Assembly (NCBI GenBank): GCA_964016885.1
Contig: OZ024740.1
Coordinates: 257,424,001-257,488,000, forward strand
Direction: 5' to 3'
DNA length: 64,000 nt
Source of the DNA: Eledone cirrhosa
Lineage: Eukaryota
The translations under genes and the position numbers were made by a program. Of the stretch, positions 13,500-27,646 are shown piece by piece (the first letter of the stretch is position 1; each line of letters starts with the position of its first letter). The notes under the pieces were generated by a model. It was given only the letters and a program-made list of their open reading frames with translations, was not told the DNA's origin and did no database searches.

Positions 13500-14200
13500 A
13501 TGCTTATAACGTTTTGGGTTGGAATTTGTAGAAAAAGATAACTTACAAATATTTTTATTTATTAGCCTACAATTTTTATGTTCAGGTGGGAAATTACTTT
13601 CTATGATAGATTTTAGGAATATTAGAGGCTAAGTTGAGTGTGTACGGAGGATTAAACAAGGAAATGTTTCTTTTGCCTGTGGTAGTTTTCTTCTTTTTTT
13701 TTTATTATTATTTAACATATTTTGGGGAATTTGCATAATGTGGTTGCTATTCATGGTATAAGTGCCATGATTATAAACTTTGCATTTCAGATATTTTTTA
13801 GATATTTAGTATTGTTATTTGGATTAATTCTAAACATATTGATATGTGCGGAAAGTAAATCATCGTGCTTCTTTCTATTACACATAGGGTACCGTATTGG
13901 GTTTACTATAATAGTAAACCCAATACGGTTCCCTATAGGGTGGTCCTGGTTTACTCTTTTGTCGATTTATACCTGTGTTTTTTAGTTCTATCTAAATTCG
14001 TTTTAGCTAAAGGTTTATTAGACAGTGTAATAATACTCTTATTTTTCACAGTAGGTGCAGGCTTCCTATCCGGGATATATGTGCTGTTATTTTTAGATCC
14101 TGATATAGAAAGTGCTTAGTTATAGACTAGGTTATGTCGTTGAATATTTCCTCATTTGCTGAAAGTTTATACTTCTTATGTGAAACGTATTTGACAATGT
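13500..14200 (-). pseudogene. Penelope-like element remnant (post-RT linker region)
   Basis: Minus strand 13560-13665 gives FNPPYTLNLASNIPK..IESNFPPEH across an indel, matching the PLE WFNPPY..FP..H motif. Confidence 0.55.
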
Positions 14201-14925
14201 AACAATAGACGGAGGATGGTTTGAGAGTCTGTTAATTTAAAACCGTTATATGCTGAACGTTAATACTGGCCGTTAAATCACAATAACAAAACTATGGCGA
14301 AAGACATATTTCACAAATTCATAAAAACCCGGAAAAATACTTTCTATAAATTCACTATGAAGTAGGTTCGTTGATATCCATTGCTTGATGGGAATTAATG
14401 ATTTATGCGACTGATTATTTAAATCAGTTTGTACCACTCTGAAGAATGTATTTTGTGTTTCTATGGCGCACTTTAAGTTTGTTCATTAACGAAAACAAGT
14501 TGATTGTATTGTATACAATCAACTTAAGCGAGCTCATTTCACAGTCTAACTGAAGAAATTGTAAGTGATTCAAAACGGTTTTAAGGAAAGTAGATTGATT
14601 TTCTTTAAATACATTTGATTGAACATGCTCTGCTTATTTCCTCAATGCGTCACTAACTTCTTCCACGCTTTAACCCAACTCTTCTCTTAATCCTATTGTG
14701 CATGATATACATATTGAGCAACCGATTAATTCGGAGGCTGGCAAATACACCCGATCAGTCTGTCACTACTCTCCTTTGATAATTGATTGTGTAGTTCTAC
14801 AATACACACACCTACACACACAAACACACACACACACACATACACACACACCACATACACACACCACACAACCACACACACAAGCACACACACACATATG
14901 TATATATATATGTATATATATATTT

Positions 14926-15530
14926 AAAGGATCTCTATATCATGTATAATAATTAATGTTTAGGAAAGCTCGCTTTCTCCGTGTTGGATTATCAAATCAT
15001 ATGTTATTAGATTAAATTGTTTTGCTCGTTAAAATTCCTGCATGATGATTCTCGGTCACGTTGATTTAGATCGCTTGTGTCCTTGCTAATGTAAAGGATA
15101 CAACTGATTTTTTCGTTGTCGCTTGTGACAAGGGGCGTAAATCTACTTTCATTTAGTGTTGCAAAATTATGTTGCAAGGGATTTCAATTGGTTTGAATTA
15201 TTTGATAAATAATTTCTCTTTATTAAATCGACCTTGTTCTGTGATTTCACATTTACATTGTTAAAATATCAGAGTTTAGCATCGTTTTGCCTCCGCATTT
15301 TCTATATGTTTGCTTAGAGGGATCTTTCTAGTATTCGGGGTTCTGATTTGCTGCACATGGACTATCATTCTTTGTGGATCCAAACTAATGTGGTCGAGAA
15401 TCAGCATGTCGGAATTTTAACGAGGAAAAAAGAATTTAACCTAATGTTAAATGTTTTGATAATCCAACACGGAAAAAGAGAGCTTTGCTAAACATTAATT
15501 TTTGTATATATTATAAAGATCCTTTATATA
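14926..15530 (-). mobile_element. Penelope-like 3' fragment (GIY-YIG C-terminus) bounded by inverted repeats
   Basis: Minus strand QRMIVHVQQIRTPNTRKIPLSKHIEN...RFNKEKLFIK*FKP; inverted arms ~14926-15000/15451-15530. Confidence 0.6.
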
Positions 15531-15631
15531 CTTGGTGTGCTTGAAACCTTTGTTATCTCTCTCTCTCTCCCTCTCTCCCTCTTTCTCTCTCCATCTCTCT
15601 TGCCCCCCCCTCTCTCTCTCTCTCTCCTGCG

Positions 15632-15697
<66 letters not shown>

Positions 15698-15791
15698 TAG
15701 GCAGTACGGTGAAATACTGGTGTCGATACGCAATACATATTTTTCATAGGTAAACGAAACCTCCTCGTTTTTTTTCTATTATATATATATA

Positions 15792-16337
<546 letters not shown>

Positions 16338-17330
16338 ATTTATCAAAACTTATTACACTTCGCCTCAGGTTTGTTGTGTTGAAATAGTAAATATTCGTGA
16401 AATGTCGATGGGTCATGCAAATACTGAAGGTCACTTCTGCTTGATATATCCCCGCTGGAGTGTTGCACACTTGATCCAATGAGCATGCCTCAGGTTTTCT
16501 GCATGAGTATCCGTAAGGTTGAAGGCTTTTGCGCTCGCTGGTGGTGTGGAATTTTATGTTACTCTTTTAGTCTTTTACCTGTTCCAGTCATCTGGCTGAG
16601 GCCATGCTGGGGCACCGCCGGTAAAAAAATAGCCTGTTTTCACTGTATAGCGATTGAATATGTGTTAACATCTCTGGCCTACAGGGGAGAGAAGATCTAG
16701 GAATTTTCCACCTAAATTGGTCTTCACATTGAGTGCGAATGGTCGCGAGAATCACACGACGGTTTTATGTCTAGATGTTTTTCTTCCTAGAATTAGGGCT
16801 AGAATTAGTAAGTGATTCTTTCGGAGTAGCCGATGTTGCTTACGGTTGAATTGTAGTAGAGTGGTGCCCGGTAAAAGGCGGCTTTGCTGGAAGAGAGGAT
16901 CGATACCCTTTACAGATGTTATTAATGAGAGTTTTAAAAACTAGATTGGCGTGACTACAATCCTTATGGATGTACCTAAAATGTTACTGGGTTTGTGGAA
17001 GGGTCTGTTTGTGCGTGTCTGTAGGTCGATACTAACGTCTAGAAAGTTAAAACTGGTGAAGTTAGTAGATATTGTAATTTTTAAGCCTAAGCTGTTGAAG
17101 ATAGAAATCAGGTTTTTACTAAAAGTGAAGGTCATGGCCAATTTTTGGCTCGATAGTGACAGAACGTCATCACGATATAGGCCCGTATGGAAGTCAGGGA
17201 TTTTCTTACGTAGTGTGTCTAAGATAAAAAAAGCCCATCAAATCGCATATATCAGCACTGTCAAATGATTTCATCGGCACATCGAATAGGTCGTTGTTAG
17301 TGGCTTTCTTTATCCAACCTTCTAATATCA
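16338..17330 (-). pseudogene. Penelope-like reverse transcriptase remnant
   Basis: FDVPMKSFDSADICDLMG, TGLYRDD, LKITISTNFTSFNFLDVSIDL..RPFHKP, FALNVKTNLGGKFLDLL. Confidence 0.85.
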
Positions 17331-17661
17331 AATTTATGTAATAAGGGTTAATACCAAATTCCTTGAGTAAATTCTCATATAGTATATATATACACACATT
17401 TATATCCAAATAATGGAATCTGAGACAAGGGTCCTTACCATTTTATAAATCTCCCTTATATATTATCCTGTCATCCTTCTAGAAACGTGTAAGAAGAATA
17501 ACATGTCTTAACTTTCGTCCTAGCTATTAGTACATTTTGCTGTGTGCTAAACTCTCACTCTGATCTATCTTTCCATTCGTTCTTCCTTTCGCCTCCCGAT
17601 AAAGTACAAATGTCCGAAGTGTTAAAACACTTCTCCTAACATACCTAGCGTCAAACTAACG

Positions 17662-17826
17662 TTCGGACACCATGCTTTGACGTATAGAGTTACGGCCCTT
17701 GCCATTCTGAGTTCAAATCCCGCCGAGGTTAACTTTGCCTTTCATCCTTACGGGGTCGATAAAATAAAGTACCAGTAATACACTGGGATAATTGGTGGCC
17801 TTGTGCCAAAAACTAGAAACAATTAT
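17662..17826 (+). mobile_element. Dominant tRNA-SINE copy
   Basis: B-box, core and tail. Confidence 0.85.
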
Positions 17827-17903
17827 AATATTGTACTGTTCTACTATGTTGTTTTTCTTTGATGAATGTTCATATATATATATATATGTATATGTACACA
17901 CAG

Positions 17904-17998
<95 letters not shown>

Positions 17999-18030
17999 GG
18001 TGTGTGTGTATATATATATAATAAAATGTG

Positions 18031-18133
18031 GGGTCGCAGCTGAGCTCTTGCCGTTTCAACAGCTAGTTCCAGATTCTGAATCTGGAACTAGCTGTTGAAA
18101 CGGCAAGAGCTCAGCTGCGGGACCCGACTTTTT

Positions 18134-18167
<34 letters not shown>

Positions 18168-18280
18168 TACACATATACAGACACACATACACACACACAC
18201 CATATTCTTTTATCCCCAAGTATCGAGTACTCTTGTAACTAATAGTGTAACCAGTTTCAAACTGATTACATCCTGAATTA
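18031..18280. mobile_element. Fold-back element, same family as 9115-9382
   Basis: Perfect 42 bp arms 18035-18076/18078-18119; GTATCGAGTACTCT end motif before (TA)n. Confidence 0.65.
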
Positions 18281-18537
18281 TATATATATATATATATATA
18301 CATAAATATATATATAATATATATATATATATGGGGGGGGGGGGGGTACACGAGCGTGTGTGTTTATGTAATGTATGTTGTGTGCGCGTGTATGTTTAGC
18401 AAATATATAACGTTTCGGGACCAATAGAGTGACATGCGTGAATACGGAGTATGCATACATACATAATATGTATGCGAATATTTCTGTGTGTAGAATTATC
18501 TGTATGTCTTTATGTGGATGTCGTCTATATATAGCTA

Positions 18538-18612
<75 letters not shown>

Positions 18613-19077
18613 GTGTGTGTGAGTGTATCTACGTCTGCATTTATTTATATGTATATACTTGTACAAATACAGAGACGTGTATTCGCAAACAATCATATGG
18701 ACGAACTAGCCTGACATACATACACATAATACATACACATAATACACACACTCACACATATATGCATATATATATATGTATGTATGTATGTATGTATGCA
18801 CGTATGTGTGTATGTATGCATGTGCGTATGTTTTCATTTGTCTGTTTATGTACGTGTGTGTATGTATATATGTATGTATATATGTATGCTTGTATGTATG
18901 TATGTATGTATGTATATATGTATGTATGTATATATGTATGTATGTACGTATGTATGTATGTATGTATACGGAAAGAAGCATAGTCGCAAAGTAGCCTCCG
19001 GCAAAACTATGTTGCCGCCAACACCTGCTTATCACTTATTGCTCAAGTCCAAAACAAAAGGCAAAAATAACAAAATA

Positions 19078-19120
19078 AAGAAGAAGAAGAAGAAGAAGAA
19101 GAAGAAGAAGAAGAAGAAAA
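19078..19120. repeat. (AAG)n microsatellite
   Basis: Direct reading. Confidence 0.95.
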
Positions 19121-20689
19121 GAGAGGGTTGAGGAAGGAGTGAAAGAAGAATTAAGCAGTAATATGCAGGCAACATCAACATTGCTAACACAAGCCATATG
19201 CCTGTTTGACGGATGATAAGAAGAATTAGCTTATCTCTTACTGAAACTTGGTTCAATCCTAAATAACCACCGAAACTATACTCTGGGGTATTTTATTTTT
19301 ATTATTATTATGCGTTTTTATTTTATTGTTTTCACATTATTGTTATTTTTGTTGTTGCTTTATTATTAATATTGTTTTGTTGTTGTTTTTGTTTGGTAAT
19401 TCCTACTCCCTGGACTGACTGATTCCTATTAGTCTATCTTTGGTATATTTTCAGTCTTATGATTCTAGCAGACGGCTTTTTCACTGCCAAATGTTATCAA
19501 ATTAATGCTTTGGTTTTCGAACTTTACGCAGTGCCATGAGAATACAATAGGGAGTGCGATGTCCAACTCGCGTTAAAACCCGATACATTAGTTCGGACAA
19601 GTGGACGTTCTGGTCAGTACATCGTTGGTCATTGCTAATCAGTTCATAATCGATGGGGTTTCGTTTACGTCCTAGCATCAGATAGGAAGCATATTGCCCC
19701 GATGTTTGATAGACGTGTGCAGGCTAAGCTAATACACACGTTATTCGCGTATTTGTTCATCATCCGCTACTGTTACTATAGACTCTATCAGATTCACAGA
19801 TATCACTCTATAGTATAGAGTGATATCTGTGAATCTGAAATGCTCCTTCCCCACATTCCATTCACACATACATATATATACATATATATATATATATCGA
19901 TACAGGAATAGAGATACGCAAAACTATGAATATATGTATATGTATGTGTAATTGTGTGTATGTGTTTGCGACTGTATATACATATACTGTCGCAAACATA
20001 TATATGCACACACTGTCTTTCCCCCCTCTCTCTCCAGTACACACACACATATATATACACATGCACGCACCTAATGTAGCATGCCACAAACTATATGTAA
20101 AGATGTTGAAGATAATAAAGATGGCGATGGTAAATAAGTAAAGTCAAATGAGCCTAACTATAACTACGATTACACAGTTACAAATGTTGGTGACTTCTTT
20201 GGCACTGTTGACCTTTTCTTTAATAGTAATGTATTTATGACTTAGTGGTTAGTGTGTCCTGTAATAATCGTAATGTCGCTTTCCCAATGTTAAACACTCT
20301 TAATATACAACTAATCCAAGTTTAAAATATAAGATCAAACCAACTGGCGGAGATCTGTTCACTCATCATTTGATCATAATCCATAAACTAGATATAATTT
20401 TACATATTCACGCACAAATACGAGTATGTGTGTTTGTGCGTGTTATGTATGTGCAGGTGTGTATGAATTCTCCAAAATTGTGCGCGTGTTTTCCCCGTTT
20501 CTTCCTCTTCTCACTCTTTATCTTTCTAGTTTATCTAACTCTATCTGCCGATGAAGTAATAGTGTTCGAAACATTACAACTCTTTTTCTGGCATTTCAAG
20601 CGTTATACTAATATATTTTTTCAGTGTACTATCTCGTTTGGTTTGTTTTTTTTATGTTTATTTTTTACATTGTTGATTGTTACTTCTTG

Positions 20690-21665
20690 TCAAAAAAGTC
20701 CCATCCCTTCATTGAACATTGTATGATCATGTGCACGCAGGTGAATTTTCAGACCCGCTCTTGTTTTGCAGGTACTTTCACAGATGTGACACTTCAACTG
20801 TCTGTCTCCTTGTAAAACCGGCTGAGGTGTGTTTTCATGCATTTTACCATGTCTGGTCAGACCACCCGCTGACATACCTATTAAGCCCCATTCACTGCAA
20901 ATGTGAAGTGTGTGGCGGTAGGACCATGACACAGTTGGCTCGAATTTTGCCCAGCACGTGATTTCAGATGGTTAACAAAATCAGCTCCTCTTAAAAGAAA
21001 TAGGTCACATACATAGCACCTCAATTCTTGCTGAACCTTTGCAGGCATTGCACTTGAGATCCGCTTACGAAGTAAATGCTTCAAAACAACATGCTCCACT
21101 CGCTTTTTCTCAAATACATAATATCCATATTTGATGATCTTTCTCCATGATGTATGGTCTTCAGCCAGTCTCTCCCAGTTCTCCTTATCAATCTTCAGAT
21201 CTTTAAGATTGTCTTTTATGACATCCTTAAACCACTTCTTTGGTTTCTGCTGTGACCATTTTCGTCTGGTCAGCTCGCCATAACATAACTGTTTAGGCAG
21301 CCTTCCATCTTCCATACTTACCACATGACCAGCCCAACGCATCTGGTTCATGATAATCCTCATCTCAATAACGTTACTACCCGCTTTCTCAAGTACCACA
21401 GCATCAGGTGTATAAGAGGACCACTTGATGTTCAGGATGCATCGTAAACACGTTGATGAAATCTTTCCAACTCCCTGATATGATGTCTGTAAGTTGTTCA
21501 TTTCCCATCCATATAGCAGGGCTGAAAGAACACAGGCCTCATACACAGAGAGCTTTGTGTTTCTAGTGATACTGCGATTTGACCAGACTTGCTTCTCAAG
21601 CTTCCCGAAGCCAAGACTTCCTTTCTCAATTCTGTGATCTATTCCAGCATCGAGGGTACCATCTC
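20690..21665 (-). mobile_element. RTE-clade LINE 3' fragment (post-RT region with C2H2-like fingers)
   Basis: YEACVLSALLYG..CLRCILNIKW..QMRWAGHVVSMEDGRLPKQLCYGEL; CHICESTCKTRAGLKIHLRAH. Confidence 0.9.
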
Positions 21666-21689
21666 AACTAAGTGTACTTCCAAGATACA

Positions 21690-21849
21690 CAATTGCCCAG
21701 TGCATTACTGGTACTTTATTTTATCGACCCGTAAGGATGAAAGGCAAAGTAAACCTCGACAGGATTTGAACTAGAACGTAAATGGTCATAACTCCACGCG
21801 GCAGAGTAGAGTGTTTCAAGCTTCACCCATACTGCCAATCAACCGCCTT
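21690..21849 (-). mobile_element. Dominant tRNA-SINE copy
   Basis: Reverse complement of the family consensus. Confidence 0.8.
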
Positions 21850-22201
21850 ATAATAATAATAATAATAATTGTTTCTACTTTAGGCACAAGGCCAGCAATT
21901 GTGCCTAAAGTAGAAACAAGTATTAATAATAATAATAATGGTTTCTTTATTGGCCACAAGAGCTAACATGAAGAAAAACATTACAGGCGGCACGGAACGG
22001 TACAGGACGATACAAAGTGGGTTTTGGCCGTGTAAAAAAGGTTATAACAAGAATATAGAAATATCAAAAAAATTCAAACAACAAAACTTCCCCAATAGGG
22101 AGGAAACTTCCGAGGGTCGCTCGTGGCGAAAACCACACAAAAGACCACGGCCACCCTGACCACCAGGGCCAGCGCCCTCTCTCAGTTTTCCACTCCTCCG
22201 T

Positions 22202-25200
22202 CTACAGGCGCATACGTAGAGCGGGCCCGTTCACTCGGACCCGACTCGCCACTTTCACCCACCTTTCAACAAACTTACTAGAAGACAACTCTTGTCTCTC
22301 CACCCTGATTTTCTTCTTCAAGTGAAATTGGAAAAATTTAATCAGGGATTCGCCGGAGAGGAAAGTGTCCGTCTTCAATCCTTTCAAACTTCCCCACCAT
22401 ACAATCTCTTTTGCCATGGCCACCACGCAGATGAAAACTGGCTGCCCTTCCTCCTCTTTAAAGGAGGACGTCGGGCATATCTGCACAATGCACTCAGTCG
22501 ATAATCGGATTCGTCCTACACGTGACAGCAAATGTTCGACATAGCTCCACAAGTCTGCAATGCTCGGACACTGAACGAGTGCGTGCACAACGGTTCATCG
22601 CTGGGTGTTCACCTCGGACAGGTTCGGCTGACGGCATTTCCGTGCCTGCAAGCTTATCTCGTACCGGCAACGCTCCCCGGTAGCACTACCAGGCCAGGGA
22701 TTTCTGGAAGTTGTCATATAGGCCCCGGGCTGAAAGTTCTCTTGAAGAGAGCGAACAGCTGATCATGTTCGACGCCCAGTGTCTTCCCGTCACTCTTCCC
22801 CTCCACTAATCCTCTATAGAACGCTGAGGTGGATGTTCCACCGATACTAGTGCGCCAGCTGGTAGAAGGTTGTGAGCGCTTGGAGACATTCCAGCTTCCA
22901 AGCGCTATCGCTCGGTCTTTTCTAGATCCAGGACTGCAGCTCCGTTAGTGTGACGAGCTGGGGAAAAACACGACTGGCAAAAGGTGACCACACCTTTTCA
23001 CCATCAAGGAAGCACCAGAGATGTCGCAGCCTCAGCGCGTGTTTGCGCATCATCAGCCACGGCATGCCCAGACCTCCACGCAACGGGTGTTGACAGCAGA
23101 TGGATCGTCTGATCATGGGATCACGTCCCTTCCATAAAAAGCGGAAGAGAAGAAGCACAACGGTTAGGCGGTAGCAGATGACGGATGCGATGAACGCATT
23201 CACGAGGTCTGCCCAACCTTTCAGGGACAGCTTCCTCTCTGCCTATTTCTGGGTGTGAGAGGCCATCTTGTTCGTCACCTCACTCCAGTTTTTGTCCATC
23301 TGGAAGTCCGGACCGAACCAGACCCCGAGCAAATTAACCGGTCCTTCCGTCCAGCGTCCGCCGACGCTGTCGGCCGACAGAGACCTGCCTCGCTAGGTTC
23401 CGATCTGCAGGCCCACCGACTTTTCCTGGTTTAACTTTGCTCCTGTCACTGCTTCATATTTTTTGATAGCGGTGCCGAGCATCTGGACATGTCTGGCGCC
23501 TGACACCACCATGGTGACGTCGTCGGCTTAAACCGATACGGATCTCCCACATCTCAGTTCGCGTGGGACGTCTCTCATCGCCTCCAGTTTGTACAGTAAC
23601 GGCTCTAGTGCCAATACGTACAAGAGTGACGAGAGGGGACAACCCTGACGAACCGTGCGCATGATGCTGAACGGCTGTGACAGATGACCGTTCACATTCA
23701 CAACTGAGCAGATGTCGCTGTGCATCACAGCGATCCAACCCCTGAAAATGGGCGCGAAGCCAACCGCCTCGATGACCGCCGCCAGGTGCCGATGGTCGAC
23801 CCTATCAAATGTCTTAGTTGATCAAGGCCCCACCCGTGCCAGGTTCCTTAACCACCCTCTCTATGATGTATCGCACGAGGTGGAGGATTTTGTGGATGGA
23901 TCTGTCTGGAATGGCGCATGTCTGCGCCTCGCCTACCAGATTACCGACGAGAAGTGCCAATCTCGTTGCTAACACATTGGCCAAAACCTTGAAGCCTGTG
24001 TTTAACAGAGTTATGGGCGTGAAGTTGTTTATGACGTCCCCTTTGTTCGGGTCTTTTCTCAACAGCGCCACCGCTCCTCGGCACACAAAACTGGGAATGC
24101 TCCCGTTCTGTTGCCAGTTGCAGTAGACATCTGCCAAGAAGTCGCCGAACAAATCTGGCATGTACGCATAAAGCTCGTATGGCAGACCATCCAAACCTGG
24201 CGATTTACCCCTCGGGCAGTCAGACATCACTTCCCCTATTTCGGCTGCTGTTATCGGCCTTTCGCAATACTGCTCTGCGGTCGTCGAGCGCTCTCGGAAG
24301 TTCCTCGAGGTATGAACTGAAGTTCGTACTCTAATCTGGCCTGCTGCCACTCGCAAACAGTGGAGCAAAGTGCTGCTGAAAAGCCTTACACATCTGCTCG
24401 GGTTCGAGCAACATGTGCCCGTTTTGGTCAGGCAAGGATTGAATTGTGGATTTATTGCCACGTCGCGCCTCCACCACCCGGGCCCATTGGACATCTTTTG
24501 TCCCCTCTTGTCTCAGAGCATGCGCTCTATCTCTGACGACGCAGCCTTCGTGCTTTGTATTGAAGAATTGATCGAGTGCCAATCTTGCCGCAAGCACGTC
24601 GGTTGCGATGCCTGTTCTAAACACTTCTAGCTTTCTAACTAGCTCTCCTTCTACTCTATTTTCCTCAATCACTACTCCTTTGCTAAACCTTATTTAGTCT
24701 ACTCTAATTGCCCTTTTCAGGGTAAACCACCACCTGTTGTTGACGATCGCATCCGTCAACGAACGCTTACCTAATTCGATTATCCGGTCTCTGTAAGCTA
24801 TGCGTGCCGGGAAAGTCACGTTCAGCTTGCAGTAGCCAGGTCCTTGCCTATGAAGTCTATCTAAGTCAACTTCACAGATCACAAACTTGTGGTGCGAGTG
24901 GCCGACTACTTTAAGTTGTGGACAACCTACGCTAGCCTTATCTGTTTCCCTACACAAAACCCTATCTAGATGCAATCTGGATGACCCGATGCGGTTTTCC
25001 CATCTCCACATTGGCACATTCGGATAATCCAGTCGATACCTGTCAGACTGTTGAAAACGGCTGAACAGGTTGGTGAGGCTTTTACATCCTCCTCCCTTAT
25101 TGACTAGCCCCACATAATCCCAGCGTGCATCTAAGATACCGTTCCAGTAACCCACTAAGACTAAAGAGCGGGACGTTCCAAGAAATCTAGCCGTCCTTCC

Positions 25201-25543
25201 CCTGTAGACGGCTACTAGCCTGAAAGTATTGCGTTCGCTGCCTGTCAAGTAAATTACCACCGACTTACCTTCTGGGTTCAGAAAGATGGCCCGTATGACG
25301 AGATCCAAGCCTCTCCGAAAAAGCACAGCAACTCAGATCCCACTCCGCTCCCGTACGGCTGGGAGATGCGTATACATCGTAGCCACCGAGGATCGGTGCG
25401 AAGTCTCGTGCTTCGGAAATTCTGGTCTCGCTAATGGCCACCACTTCTATGTTTAGTGACCTGAGATCGGTAAGCAGGTGATATAGCTTCCAAGATGACC
25501 CCAGGCCACGTGCATTTATACTGCCTATTCTAAGTAAGGCCAT
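22202..25543 (-). pseudogene. ORF2: APE endonuclease, reverse transcriptase and C-terminal region, with many frameshifts
   Basis: IGSINARGL..ISETR; LDRVL; KSPGLDGLPYELY; PITLLNTGFKVLA..LATRL; VRQGCPLSSLLYVLALEPLL; *ADDVT; HPLRGGLGMP. Confidence 0.92.
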
Positions 25544-27358
25544 GTGGGTGAGAAATGGAGTAAGTGAGAAAGGATCACCTACCTCATCGTGTGGGAAAGG
25601 GACGGTTGAACCGTCCCTTTGGCTGGGCAGGGGTGTCTCCAAGATGATGTCGGTGTATATCCTCTTGGTAACTGACCCTCTAATGTCTCCAACTGCGTTG
25701 GGGACTTTTTCTTTTAAATGTTTATAATGTTCTATTTTAATTTCAATAATGTTTATATTTTTCGGGAGAGTTTTTGGTGTTGGTGGGGTGTAGTAATTTT
25801 TGTCCGTAATGTCTGTGTGCTGCTTTATATGTTCTAAGATTCTTTATTTGCCATGTTTATGGCTGTGTAATGTTTTGGGTGGGGTTTTGTTTTGTTGCTG
25901 TTTTCTTGTTGCTGCTGTTGGGTATGTTTGCCTTTTTGTGTTTGTGATGTTGATGTTTGTGGTGATGCTGGTAGTGGTGGTGTGGTGGTTGTTGGTGGTG
26001 ATTGTGGTGGCGTTGCTGCGAGTCTCATTACAGCCTTTACCCCTCTTTGTTTGCCTTTGTTTTTGGAGGGTGAAGCTAAGGGTTTTTTTCTTTTTTGTTT
26101 TTTTGTGGCCGACCGTTTGCCATTTCAATCCCACCTCAGACTACAGGTCAGATTCCATGGCATCTTGGAGATGTATGTGCTCCACGGCTGTTGGTGGTGG
26201 TAGTGGAGCCTTCTCCTGCGATTTTCTTGCTGGTGCACTACTGCAAATGATGCTACTGGTGTTGCCGCCACTGTTGCTGCTATTTTTGTTGTCTGTGGCC
26301 TTGGAAAACAACGGGTGCTACGTACGTTGCCCTCCTACTCACCGAGGAAGGATCTTCTGCGTTTGTTGCTTGTCCTGCTCTTGGTAGCAGCGTACCAGGC
26401 ATTGGAAGGAGGGGGCCTTCTTCTTTGCTGTCTTCTGCGGGAAAAGCCCCTGAGGTGACCCTTTGATCCACAGAGGTAACATTTTGGCCGTCTTCCTTCT
26501 ACACTTATAGGCAGTTGGAGTCCTTCCTCGATGTCTATGATATCGGGGATAGCGTCGATACATTCCTGGTCAGTTTGTATAAGCATTTGCATGCCTATAC
26601 CTGACCAGTTCTCCCTCACTATTTTCTCTACTTGCAGCATGGTCGTCCTGTTCTCGATTCCAGCAAGGACAGATGCGGCCACCCAAGCTATGGGCACGTC
26701 GGGTGGGACCTGGGTCACTTTGACCCTCACAATTTTCTGCCCGCAGTAGGAGGGCACCAATACTATCTCCTCAGTCTTTAGGGTTTCCAAAGAGTGAGAT
26801 TTCGCCTCTTGGGTGGTAGCGAAAAGTATGTCCTCTGTGACATACTTTCTGCCTCGGGTACTGTGGGTTTCGCGCGCCCAGACGCACCCCAAGGCCTTTT
26901 TGATTTGAGCATCCGTGGCTCTCTCCACCCGATGTGAGATTTTGCTTACGGTGCGGTAAGTCACCGTTCGTAGCTGCTGGTCCTTGAAAAAAATCGGGTG
27001 GAGGTTTTAGGGAAACTCTATTGGCATTTCTTGTCACCATGGCCCTTGAGACTGCCATCTCCTCCTCTGTGACTAACACTGTTTCGATATTTCTGACCAC
27101 ACCTGTAAAAGAAGTGGCCACTTTTTCAGCGGCACCACTATTGCTGCCGCTACTGGTCTTGCTGGTGATCGCTGTTACAGGTATCGATGTCATTGTTGAT
27201 GTTTTCGTTGGTACAGTTTTTGGTGTTATTGTTGTCATTGTTGTTGCTTTCGTTGATACTGTTGCTGCTGTTACTGCTATTGTGGCTGTTGTTATTATTG
27301 TTGTTTTTGTTGATACTGCTCCCACTGTTATTGTCGTTGTGGCTGTTGTTATTGTCAT
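25544..27358 (-). pseudogene. ORF1 gag-like protein with zinc knuckle and low-complexity linkers
   Basis: ISVEGRRPKCYLCGSKGHLR; homologous to 28789-30570. Confidence 0.75.
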
Positions 27359-27646
27359 TGGTATTGTCGTTCTCGACTTTACCGCTGTTATTTTTGTTGT
27401 TGCTGTTGTTATTGATGGTGTTGTTGTTTGTGTTGTTGTTGGTGTTATTGTTGGTGTTGTTTGTGTTAGTAATATTTGGTAATTTTAAATCTGTAACAAC
27501 ATCATTAAAAATGATATTGTTCCTCTTTTCCTTCGTAATATTTTCTTTTATATTTACCTCCGCTGGAACGCTGTCTTGTTGACATGTTGACAAAGTCTCC
27601 CTCTCTCTGTATTGTCTGACAGCGCTCTCTCTCTTTCTTTTGTTAG

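Larger units (their letters stand above)
21938..27646 (-). mobile_element. Tx1/L1-like non-LTR retrotransposon, near full length, decayed (copy 1)
   Basis: ORF1 with CCHC-like knuckle and ORF2 APE-RT; AATAAA then (TTA)n at the 3' end. Confidence 0.9.

Noticed and set aside
19205-19257. CGGATGA..stem..GAAACTTGGT hammerhead-like motif
   Set aside because: Core and cleavage register are both defective and there is no second copy here to support it
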